Shown: piece after piece, positions 31,201 to 37,533 of the stretch
Layout: each line of letters begins with the position of its first letter
How positions within the stretch are numbered: position 1 is the stretch's first letter
Origin: a bacterium
GTDB lineage: Bacteria > Patescibacteriota > Minisyncoccia > Phycocordibacterales > UBA9973
Length of the DNA: 64,000 bases
Direction: 5' to 3'
Assembly (NCBI GenBank): GCA_037130655.1
Contig: JBAXSP010000003.1
Span: 4,684 to 68,683 of the forward strand
Translations under genes and position numbers: made by a program
The notes under the pieces: model-generated
Database searches by the model: none
The model's input: only the letters and a program-made list of their open reading frames with translations
Told to the model about the DNA's origin: nothing

Positions 31201-31963
31201 AAATGGTAATAGTGTTAGTTTTGCTGGTACCATGGGTTCTGCTGGAGGACTGACTAAGAATGGTTCAGGTACCTTGACGCTTACAGGAGTGACTACTCTT
31301 GGTAGTGATCTTACTATCTCTGCTGGTACCTTTGTAGCACCAACAACGCTAAATATAACTGGAGATTTTAACAACAGTGGTACATATACACACAGCAATG
31401 GGACGGTAACTTTTACTCCTGATATTACTGGAATAGTAAATTTCACTGGTAGTTCTAATACAACTTTTTATAATGCAACTGAAACTACTGCTGGCTCAAC
31501 TGTTCAATTTAAGGCAGGTAATACATATACGTTTGCCCATACCCTTACACTAACCGGTAGTAATGGAAACCCTATTTCAATAAATTCTGATACACCAAGT
31601 TCTCAATGGTTTATGACTTTATCAGGTTCTGCTTCTATTTCTTACGTAACAGTTCGAGATTCTGGCTGTAGTGGTGGTAATAATGTTTCAACAACAAGTA
31701 GTACTATATATAATTATGGTAATAATGGTTCGTGCTGGTCCTTTATAGTATTTGGTGGAGGTGGTGGTAGTAGTGAAGCGCCGGCGAGTTCACCAGATGC
31801 TCAGCAGGGCGGTGGTACCGGCGGCGGCAATGGAGGTGGTAATGATGGATCTAACACTGGCGGATCTAATGGCGGATCTAATGGCAGAGACAGTGGGGGG
31901 GATCTTGGATTTTTGTATCAAGAAAATAAATTAAATCGTTTCCGCACACTTCTCTATGTTTAA
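22214..31963 (+). CDS. giant (3249 aa) cell-surface protein built from autotransporter passenger-type beta-strand repeats (Pfam PATR family); Gly-rich C-terminus
   Basis: signal peptide; dozens of units like GTGTLTLSGANTYTG(A/T)TTINAGTL / LDLNG(Y/F)TL..(S/A)E.LT(I/L)NG.G. Confidence 0.75.
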   Translation: MNKSVTKIIKFSTIFFVVSFLFFGTTHRAEAATRTWTGTTSGAWSVASNWGGTAPVTGDDLVFPSGASNLSNTNDLTENTIFNSITFSGSGYTLSGNPIILGAGLAGITDSAASGGNTIALDVRLDVTRDIIVTNTAESLTISGRIAGVGGINKEGTGKLILSGANTFGGTLKINVGVVNARNDRALGTIAAGTEVVGGAALELQGTINIGYEALTLRGYGVSNTGALRNISNNNTFAGLITLVSAGGTEITSDSGTLTITGGMTGAFPLVIDGAGNVTFSTTPIATSTGTVTKNGVGTLTYNFPNTYTGLTTINTGTLAYGVDNAILSGAITVTGGTLDIGTYSDMVGTVTLGTLDLATGTITGTSGVLSSATYTVYNGTISAIIAGDVPGGTTQLTKSTVGTVTLTRPNQYTGAVLISLGILKIQNSTSLGTIDGATTVTAGATLQVDGSSLSVPEYITFSGTGHLYTGAIRNSTGNNTLTGLLTLGAAAMIKSDVSTTLTVDTKGLSVTTLGLSIAGDGNTTFTSSAPIYGTTATLTKDGAGTVTIQSFSNFTGTTTINGGVLNLNGSGAIPLSTTIAINAGATLTLDNSTTRVLDRIADTAAITMNGGNFNFTGSNTASTDVLETAGVLTAGIATQSGDNKITITPGSGGSSIMRFASLTRTAGSSLLFRGTSFGSTPGANISTLLFSTAPTLLGDDGAPNTPTLSIIPGAFGDSSLTGTGTDMVTYGQGNNNGLRLLNGAGFSGEYTTDLTITNANIKLTASTVASTSQINSLILSSSATITDAGSAQNITLTSGTILNLVSNATLAGANTTLTMASNVEGIIRTVSDVSLSAILATTGGVTKSGTGTLTIATAQTYTGLTSINEGTLLYGLNDSISSGNVTVNGGTFNIASFTDTVGAVILQKGTITGTSGVLTGTSYSFREGTVSAIIAGAVAVTRVATNTSSDSVVILSKNNTYSGATTITSGILKLGAAGDGINTPLGTTAGGTTIANIGALDLNGYTLSTAEAITSMNGLGFGPGATVANGNSNMGALMNSSNTAVSYSGAITLAAASRINADYGALTISSAISGAFTLTIGGFSNTELSGVIGSGAVAITKDGIGDLLLSNGNSSYTGVTTVSVGTLKIGAVSVGGTNSPLGTAGGATSITAGARLDLNGFSLGIAEPITNLNGVGYGLGDFASGAIINSSASAVTFTGLITLGSASTIKANSGDINLTAAGTITGSGFGLTLGGTGVGTISSIVGTGAGTVTKIDTGTWTLSGVSTYTGATAINLGTFKFGVSDTAGGGPLGTVAGATTVYSGAVLDLNGFLSSTLAEPLTINGRGISDGGALIGSNGTYTGTIALATDSRITNASGTMTVTGAVSGAFFLYVSGAGNVTFSTAIPTSGLSLTKQGAGTFTVTGTNLYTGETRIDAGTFAYAAGGTAVLAGTNLMMKGGTFNNATSVDTIGTVTLVGGTITNTATALTGTAYTLENGTISGVIAGAVAVTKNTNNTVTLSGVNTISSTITINAGTLTISGSGSATSVTGVTINLGGTLTLDNGTTAVADRLNGSGGTNAIVITMNGGNLNFIGNTSGTSAETMGQLLLSSGHNIVTVTPGAGGSTTLTFASNPGLSRTAGATVLFRGTSFGATPAANVSTLMFSNAPTLTGAGGAASSTTISVIKGAYGDSSLSGTGSDMVTYNVGNTNGLRLLNGAGFSGEYAGDLATANANVKLTADRVAVATNTNSLILNGFNITNPGGAITIPMSSASLAGNILINSATNIAGANTTLGITTFELNILATNTSTISAIIGTATTGSVTLSGTGNVTLSAANLYTGTTFINGATLTAGASNVISSGGVTIVGGTYNLAGNSDTVGALSINAGTITTGAGTLTGNGTFSTVANNNVTSIITGNLGLGANATFTINDGLMDNDALITAVISGAFTFAKAGSGVLELSGSNTYSGALTISGGTIRLGATGDATNTPLGTTAAGTTVSSGFSLDLNGYTLGTSEALTISGTGIGAFGALLNTSSTAVTYSGLITLGASATITSGYGDITLSNTGSMTGTGFALTLNGAGNGSLATQVNTSTAGSLVKNGSGVWTISGDGNYTGVTTVTAGTLKLGAAGGSTNNPLGTTGGATTVASGGILDLNGFTPGTSEPLTINGTGLTSNATVGALITSSGSSTSFNGPLTLGANARIANYGSGVFTLTGAISGNFALTTVTVGGITQSSASVWSGTGTLIKEGSGTLILAGQNTMSGAMTVSTGVLQLGASGGATNTPLGTNAGGVTVSSGAVLDLSTFNLGGASTYETLNLSGTGINNGGALTSSASSGTTNFGAMTVTANSRVVNSGAGTIAFTGTVTIANTINLGIGGSGPTTISGAYGASATTATLTKWDAGTLILSGINPVTGLYRVNGGTLKISDANSLAVAPVTVAGGTFDFNGVTDTIGIVSLISGTVTDSNGTPGILSIATNSIFESGTVSGVLSGTTLAIAKNTGGTVTFNKSNTYTGTTTINAGTIQYLASNIMADTSNITVTGGILDIGTNSDTVATVTLTSGAITGSSGILTGSSYAVTSGTISAILAGAVNLTKTTAGTVTLSGVNTYTGITTISGGTLSVATIGNGGAGGSNLGNASNAAANIVFNTGTGTLQYTGATASTDRAFTTTAAITMQFDITNPNTVLTWGGVGTTTTAPLTKIGQGTLKFSVAQGYTGLTTVLAGTLQYGASDTLSTGAVTVINGTFDINNFSDSVGIITLQNDGQIIDSGGTTAVLTTTGTMAAQSGTVSAVIGGSTATGITKSTSGRVILSGNNTFTSTAIALSAGYLNLRHNNALGASGTTLATTITSGAVLELQNTITLPSTKTITANGTGVNNSGAVRNILNSNAIGATVTLGSSNTRINSDSGTLTVAAVSGTATNLLVGGAGDIAITGAIATTSGTLAKDGVGTLTLTGTNTYTGTTTLTAGTTIANATAALGTGASSNTLIFNGGTLKASGTITSPSARAVTLTATAIIDTNGNSVSFAGTMGSAGGLTKNGSGTLTLTGVTTLGSDLTISAGTFVAPTTLNITGDFNNSGTYTHSNGTVTFTPDITGIVNFTGSSNTTFYNATETTAGSTVQFKAGNTYTFAHTLTLTGSNGNPISINSDTPSSQWFMTLSGSASISYVTVRDSGCSGGNNVSTTSSTIYNYGNNGSCWSFIVFGGGGGSSEAPASSPDAQQGGGTGGGNGGGNDGSNTGGSNGGSNGRDSGGDLGFLYQENKLNRFRTLLYV

Positions 31964-32043
31964 TAGTGGTATATTTGATTGCATCATGATAACTATTTGA
32001 TATAATGGTTTTATCAATAATTATTTATTAATATAGTACTTTT

Positions 32044-32469
32044 ATGGAAAACATCATTAAACAAAAATTTTCGAAAATTGCCTTATATGTTGTGCTAGTT
32101 ATCGCTGTTGTATTTGCTGTTTATTTTTATATTCAACTATATACACTTAAGAAAAATCCTCAAGCAATTTCACAAAAAGAAACAAGTGAACTGGTTTCAA
32201 AGGTTGGTAAATTGGTTTTTTTACCTAAAGATGAAGTCCCAACTATCGCTACCGTAACCGACCCTAATTTATTAAAAGAGCAGCCATTTTTTGTTAATGC
32301 TCAAAAAGGGGATAAGGTGTTGATCTATGCTCAATCAAAAAAAGCTATTTTGTATAGCGTTAGTTTGAATAAAGTTATTGATGTGGCACCACTAAATATC
32401 GGATCAAGTACAAAAACATCTACACCAACACCTACTCAAGAAACAACAGATACACCTGTAAAAAAATAA
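32044..32469 (+). CDS. small bitopic membrane protein, hypothetical
   Basis: TM IALYVVLVIAVVFAVYFYI; Thr/Pro-rich C-terminus. Confidence 0.4.
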   Translation: MENIIKQKFSKIALYVVLVIAVVFAVYFYIQLYTLKKNPQAISQKETSELVSKVGKLVFLPKDEVPTIATVTDPNLLKEQPFFVNAQKGDKVLIYAQSKKAILYSVSLNKVIDVAPLNIGSSTKTSTPTPTQETTDTPVKK

Positions 32470-32511
32470 TATTGATGACAGTGCTTCATTCTGATATACT
32501 TTGATGTATCA

Positions 32512-33825
32512 ATGAACTTGTTTAGAAAAAAACACCATTTTAAAATAAGAACTAATGGAATTATTTCAATTAATTATTCCATTGTAATTATTTTTTCTTT
32601 GGTGTTTTTTTCTTTTTTTACTAATGTTTCATTTGTTTGGGCTCAAGATGTATTTACAAGCCCTGTTTTTACAAATTCATTAAACAATCAATCAAATGTA
32701 CAAATGTATATATCACCTAGAAATGGTAACTTTGTTACCGGTTCTATATTAGAAGTAGGTGTATACATAGATACAAAAAAAAATAGTATCAATACTGTTG
32801 ACCTAAAGGTTAATTTTGATCCAAAAAAATTAGCAGTAGCAAATCCTTCCGGTGGAAAATCTATATTTGATATTTGGGTAGAACCACCAACTTATGATAA
32901 TACAAAGGGTTTAATAACTATGAGCGGCATAATACCAGAAGGAATTGTTACTACCTCTGGACTTATCGCTAAAATGTCATTTAAAGTTCTTTCTGCTGGT
33001 TCGAGCACAATAACAATTAATAATGCTACAAATGTATATTTAAATGATGGCGCGGGAACAAAAGCAAACGTTTCTTTTGGTAGAGCTGAATTAGAATTTA
33101 CTAACCAGATTCCTGATGGGGTTGTAATACATTCAGACACGCATCCTTTTGAAGATAATTGGTATAATAATAACAATCCTATTTTTAGCTGGGATGATAA
33201 AAAAGATTCCAATGGGTATGCGACACTACTAGACAGTAATCCAAAAACAGTGCCTACAAATGAAATCACCACAAATAAGAACAACATGTCGTATACTGAC
33301 ATTGGTGATGGTACTTGGTACATGCATGTTAAGTCAAAAGAAGATCAAAGTTGGGGAAATACATCAAATTATAAAATTAATATAGATACTACTCCGCCAA
33401 AAAAATTTACTCCAACAATCAATACAATAACAGGCGATGGAAGGGATGAATACGTGTTAATGTTTGGTACAACGGATGATTTATCAGGTATCGATCATTA
33501 TGAAGTTGGTATATTAAAAAATAATCGCGACAAAAATACACTTCCTGTATTTATTCAAACAGAAAGTCCATACGTGTTACCTGTTGATAATAAAGAAAAC
33601 ATTAAAATTATAGTTAAAGCTTTTGATGTTGCTGGAAATGTAACAGAAGGATCAACGAGTTTGTACCCAAATAATAAAAATTGGTACATAGCTGGTTTGT
33701 TCTTTTTGATTTTGATACTACTTGTGTCGCACTATGTATTTGGACACCATGTCGGTCGCAATATTAAACGCGCGTATATTTTCTTTAAGAATATTTCTAA
33801 AAAAGATGAAAACAATCAATTTTAA
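32512..33825 (+). CDS. cohesin-domain type I membrane protein (cohesin protein 1)
   Basis: signal peptide; cohesin-like NGNFVTGSILEVGVYIDTKKNSINTVDLKVNFDPKKLAVANP...YDNTKG...LNDGAGT; second-ectodomain motif SGIDHYEVG..ESPYV..AFDVAGN; C-terminal TM plus basic tail. Confidence 0.6.
   Translation: MNLFRKKHHFKIRTNGIISINYSIVIIFSLVFFSFFTNVSFVWAQDVFTSPVFTNSLNNQSNVQMYISPRNGNFVTGSILEVGVYIDTKKNSINTVDLKVNFDPKKLAVANPSGGKSIFDIWVEPPTYDNTKGLITMSGIIPEGIVTTSGLIAKMSFKVLSAGSSTITINNATNVYLNDGAGTKANVSFGRAELEFTNQIPDGVVIHSDTHPFEDNWYNNNNPIFSWDDKKDSNGYATLLDSNPKTVPTNEITTNKNNMSYTDIGDGTWYMHVKSKEDQSWGNTSNYKINIDTTPPKKFTPTINTITGDGRDEYVLMFGTTDDLSGIDHYEVGILKNNRDKNTLPVFIQTESPYVLPVDNKENIKIIVKAFDVAGNVTEGSTSLYPNNKNWYIAGLFFLILILLVSHYVFGHHVGRNIKRAYIFFKNISKKDENNQF
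32538..32616 (+). repeat. 79-bp direct repeat copy 1 (encodes leader FKIRTNGIISINYSIVIIFSLVFFSF)
   Basis: 78/79 identical to 33820-33898. Confidence 0.85.
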
Positions 33826-35185
33826 AATAAGAACTAATAGAATTATTTCAATTAATTATTCCATTGTAATTATTTTTTCTTTGGTGTTTTTTTCTTTTGC
33901 TTCTGCAGATTTTACAAGTACAAGTTATGAATTAGAAAATCCATCAACAGCTGTTATTGGGGGAGGGCAATCTTCGTCTGCTAGTTTCCAATATCTCTCA
34001 AATACTGGACAACTAAACGGAGGGCAAAGCACAAGTACTTCTTTTACTCAAAATGCTGGGTTTCTTTATTTCCCCTCAGCTACTTCACCAATTGTTTCTG
34101 CAACAGCAGGTAGTACACAAGTATCGCTTACATGGACAGCATCAACAGGAATTTTTGCAAGTGTTACAAGTTATGAGGTCGGGGTGAGTACTGCTTCTAG
34201 TGGGACATATACGTATACAAATGTTGGAAATGTCTTAAGTTCAATTAAAACTGGCCTTACCAATAATACGCCATATTTTTTTAAGATACGCACCTATGCT
34301 GCAGGAATTTTATTAACAGAATCTGCCGTTGTAAGTGCGACTCCTGTTGCGAGTAGTTCAAGCTCAAGCTCAAGTTCTGGTTCAGGTGGCAGTTCTGCTG
34401 GTTCAAGTGGTAGTGTCGGATCATTTAGTATTCCTAGTTCAGTAGACGCAACAGTAAATTTTACTGGACGAGCATATCCAAATAGTTCGGTCACACTCTT
34501 AAAAGATGCGCAAATTATTGCAACTACAGTTGCAGGTTCTGATGCAAGTTTTAGTATGCAATTGAATAATTTGTCTGTGGGGACATATGTTTTTAGTGTG
34601 TATTCTACAGACAAAGATGATGTACGTTCACCACTGCAGTCTTTCCCTATAACAGTAACAGCCGGTGTCACTGTCAACGTCGGTGGAATATTTATTGCAC
34701 CAACTATTTCCGGAGATAAATCACAGGTCAAACAAGGAGATAATATTACTTTTTTTGGACAAGCGGTTCCTCAAAGTGAAGTTACAATAGCGATTCATTC
34801 TAATCAAGAAATTTTCAAAAAAATTCAAACTGATAAAAATGGAGTATATTTACAAACCGTAGATACTTCGCCACTTGAAATAGGTGGACACAGCGCAAAA
34901 TCAAAAGTTGCATTTGATGGACAAATTAGTGCATACAGTGCCGGGTATAATTTTATAGTTGGTAATGATAATATAGAAACAGATAAGAATACAAAAAAAA
35001 TAAATAAAGGAGATTTAAACGGAGATAATAAAGTGAATCTTATTGACTTTTCTATCGCGGCTTTTTGGTACAAAAAAACAAACCTTAGTGATCAAATGAA
35101 AAACTATGAAAAAACAAGACTCAATGGCGATGGTAAAATTGATATCATTGACTTTAGTATCATGGCTTATTATTGGACTGGATAA
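33806..35185 (+). CDS. secreted FN3 / Ser-rich linker / Ig-like protein with C-terminal dockerin
   Basis: ATG 33806 chosen (ORF-track 33722 overlaps upstream gene by 100 nt); FN3-like VSLTWTAS...YFFKIRTYAAG; poly-Ser; duplicated Ca-loop DLNGDNKVNLIDFSIAAFWY / RLNGDGKIDIIDFSIMAYYW at 35005-35182. Confidence 0.6.
   Translation: MKTINFKIRTNRIISINYSIVIIFSLVFFSFASADFTSTSYELENPSTAVIGGGQSSSASFQYLSNTGQLNGGQSTSTSFTQNAGFLYFPSATSPIVSATAGSTQVSLTWTASTGIFASVTSYEVGVSTASSGTYTYTNVGNVLSSIKTGLTNNTPYFFKIRTYAAGILLTESAVVSATPVASSSSSSSSSGSGGSSAGSSGSVGSFSIPSSVDATVNFTGRAYPNSSVTLLKDAQIIATTVAGSDASFSMQLNNLSVGTYVFSVYSTDKDDVRSPLQSFPITVTAGVTVNVGGIFIAPTISGDKSQVKQGDNITFFGQAVPQSEVTIAIHSNQEIFKKIQTDKNGVYLQTVDTSPLEIGGHSAKSKVAFDGQISAYSAGYNFIVGNDNIETDKNTKKINKGDLNGDNKVNLIDFSIAAFWYKKTNLSDQMKNYEKTRLNGDGKIDIIDFSIMAYYWTG
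33820..33898 (+). repeat. 79-bp direct repeat copy 2 (leader of dockerin protein)
   Basis: 78/79 identical to 32538-32616. Confidence 0.85.
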
Positions 35186-35188
35186 CAT

Positions 35189-36052
35189 ATGAAAAATTTA
35201 AAAATAACTACAATAATCTCATTTTTCATTCTCTTTTGCTGGGGAAGTTTTGCGCACGCTTCAACATTAGAAGTTGTTGTTAATAAGCAAAAAGTTCCAG
35301 TAAATGGTTTCTTGACCGCAACTATTATTCTTGATGCTGAAAATAACCCAATAAACACAATAGAAGGAACAGTTATATACGATAGCGGTTATTTGATACC
35401 TGAAAAAATTAGTATAGGAAATTCTTTTATAAGTTTTTGGATAGATAAACCTGTTATAAAAAACAACGGGATGATTCATTTTTCTGGAATCGTTCCTGGA
35501 GGAGTTGCTGTTTCAAAAGGTGAAGTTTTTTCTGTTTCTTTTAAAGCTTCACACAAAGGAGACGTGAGTTTATCTCTTCAAGATGTCAATCTTCTTTTAA
35601 ATGACGGACAAGGCACAAAAGATAAGACGAATGTTATCGATACCGCTATTAGTATTATCGATTCAACTGGTATTACCGATAATGAGCAAGTATCATCGGA
35701 CGATAAAAAAGAACCAGAAGATTTTTCAATTATTCGTACTCGAAATAGCGCTATATTTGATAATAAGTATTTTATTGTCTTTAGTACTCAAGATAAAGAG
35801 TCTGGTATTGATCATTATGAAATATGTGAATTTTTTGAAAAGAATTGTATTGTCGGTGAGAGTCCATATGAATTAAAACATCAAACTTTTTTGTACCGTA
35901 TTTTTGTAAAAGCGTATGATGCAGAAGGTAACGTCCGCAAAGAAGTGATTGTTTCACCGTGGTTAATTTTTGTATTTGTTATTTTTTTACTCGCGCTTTT
36001 GTTTGGTGTAGTAACATTCTATCGTCGATTTATTGCATATAATAAGTTATAA
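35189..36052 (+). CDS. cohesin-domain type I membrane protein (cohesin protein 2, short)
   Basis: signal peptide; cohesin-like core ...IEGTVIYDSGYLIPEKISIGNSFISFWIDKPVIKNNGMIHFSGIVPGG...LNDGQGT; SGIDHYEI motif; C-terminal TM. Confidence 0.55.
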   Translation: MKNLKITTIISFFILFCWGSFAHASTLEVVVNKQKVPVNGFLTATIILDAENNPINTIEGTVIYDSGYLIPEKISIGNSFISFWIDKPVIKNNGMIHFSGIVPGGVAVSKGEVFSVSFKASHKGDVSLSLQDVNLLLNDGQGTKDKTNVIDTAISIIDSTGITDNEQVSSDDKKEPEDFSIIRTRNSAIFDNKYFIVFSTQDKESGIDHYEICEFFEKNCIVGESPYELKHQTFLYRIFVKAYDAEGNVRKEVIVSPWLIFVFVIFLLALLFGVVTFYRRFIAYNKL

Positions 36053-36059
36053 TATTTTT

Positions 36060-37529
36060 ATGCAAAAAAAAGTTTCAGTAAAAAAAAGTAAAAAAATATT
36101 TCAAATACTTTTTTTTGCATTTATTTTTTTACTTACATGCTCTGTTCAAAAAGTTAGTGCTGCAAAATTAGATGTGATACCTACTTTTGGTTCTGTTCAC
36201 GTGGGGGACAGTGTTAAGGTTCGTGTTGTTTTGTCGAGTGCAGATCAATCTGCAAATGCTGTTTCTAGTATTATTTCTTTTTCCAACGATGTTCTTACGT
36301 TAAATTCAATTTCAAAATCAGATTCTATAATCAGCCTTTGGCCCGTTGAACCATCATACTCAAATACAAAAGGTACTGTTTCTATAGAAGGGGTGATATT
36401 AAATGGATATAAAGGTTCAAATGGTGTAGTTATAACATTGTTTTTTAAGGCAAAAAATGAAGGAACTGCTTATATTAAGTTTGCTAATGCTTCTGTTCTT
36501 GCTAATGATGGGCAAGGAACACAAATACTTAAAACAACAGGTGATACACAATTTGATATAGATGCTATTACTGAGAAGAAGGAAGTCAGTTCTCCAAAAA
36601 ACACACCAATTGTTGCCGATGATGAAAACCCAACAGTTCAAATAGATGAAATAAAAAAGAAAGATGAATTAGATCCTCGGTCTAAATTTTTCATTACGAG
36701 TGTTGCTAAAAAAAACAACACTTCATATAAAATAGAAATAGATAATGTGCCTTATGTTTGGGACGACACAGGCGATCATCTTTTTGAAACAATACCACTT
36801 TCGAAAGGCATGCACACAATAAAAGTGTCCATTGAAACAATTGATGGAGACAGTATTTCTAAAACTCTTTCTTTTAACAATACAGGAATAACCAGTCCAA
36901 TTTTTACTGACTACTCTAATTCAGTGAATGAAGATGAGTATATTGTCGTCAAAGGTAAGGCTGACCCACTTACTTACGTGGTAATTAGTTATGATGCAAT
37001 AGACACAGAAGGTAAAACAAAACACGAATCTTCTACTGTTAAGTCAGACAAAGAAGGTCTGTTTACGTATGTTTCTGAAAATAGATTATCAAAAGGTGTG
37101 TATATGATTTCAGCAATAGCCAGAACTGATTCAGGTATAGAAAGTGAAAAGACTGCAACGATAAGAATAGTAGTTCAAGAAAACATAAAAGGTGTTTTTG
37201 ATAAATTCACTAATTTTTTCTACTTCGCAATACCTGTTATAGGATTATTGATATTAGTTCTTATTCTCATAATATATGGATGGCACTATTTGTTGCATTA
37301 CCGAAATCGTATGCATAAAAAACTTCACGACGCCAAGCTAATTATCAATAAAAGCTTTTCTATTCTAGAAGAAGACCTTGATGAAGAGATTAAAATCTTC
37401 AAAAAAATAAAATCAACACAACCTTTGTCTGAAGATGAGAGATCTTTCATTAATCAATTCAAAAAGGATATAGAAGCAGCAGAACGTACTATTGTAAATG
37501 AAATAAAAGACTCAGATAAAGATATATAA
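36060..37529 (+). CDS. cohesin-domain type I membrane protein (cohesin protein 3) with ~90-aa charged cytoplasmic tail
   Basis: ORF-track 36033 is TTG; ATG at 36060; cohesin-like ...VKVRVVLSS..ISFSNDVLTLNSI...WPVEPSYSNTKGT...LANDGQGT; TM near residue 390. Confidence 0.55.
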   Translation: MQKKVSVKKSKKIFQILFFAFIFLLTCSVQKVSAAKLDVIPTFGSVHVGDSVKVRVVLSSADQSANAVSSIISFSNDVLTLNSISKSDSIISLWPVEPSYSNTKGTVSIEGVILNGYKGSNGVVITLFFKAKNEGTAYIKFANASVLANDGQGTQILKTTGDTQFDIDAITEKKEVSSPKNTPIVADDENPTVQIDEIKKKDELDPRSKFFITSVAKKNNTSYKIEIDNVPYVWDDTGDHLFETIPLSKGMHTIKVSIETIDGDSISKTLSFNNTGITSPIFTDYSNSVNEDEYIVVKGKADPLTYVVISYDAIDTEGKTKHESSTVKSDKEGLFTYVSENRLSKGVYMISAIARTDSGIESEKTATIRIVVQENIKGVFDKFTNFFYFAIPVIGLLILVLILIIYGWHYLLHYRNRMHKKLHDAKLIINKSFSILEEDLDEEIKIFKKIKSTQPLSEDERSFINQFKKDIEAAERTIVNEIKDSDKDI

Positions 37530-37533
37530 TTAT

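Noticed and set aside
22486-31446. Many minus-strand ORFs (up to 267 aa, Pro/Val-rich) inside the 22214-31963 giant gene
   Set aside because: Same antisense low-complexity artefact. The plus-strand 3249-aa ORF is continuous and has the recognisable passenger-type repeat structure.
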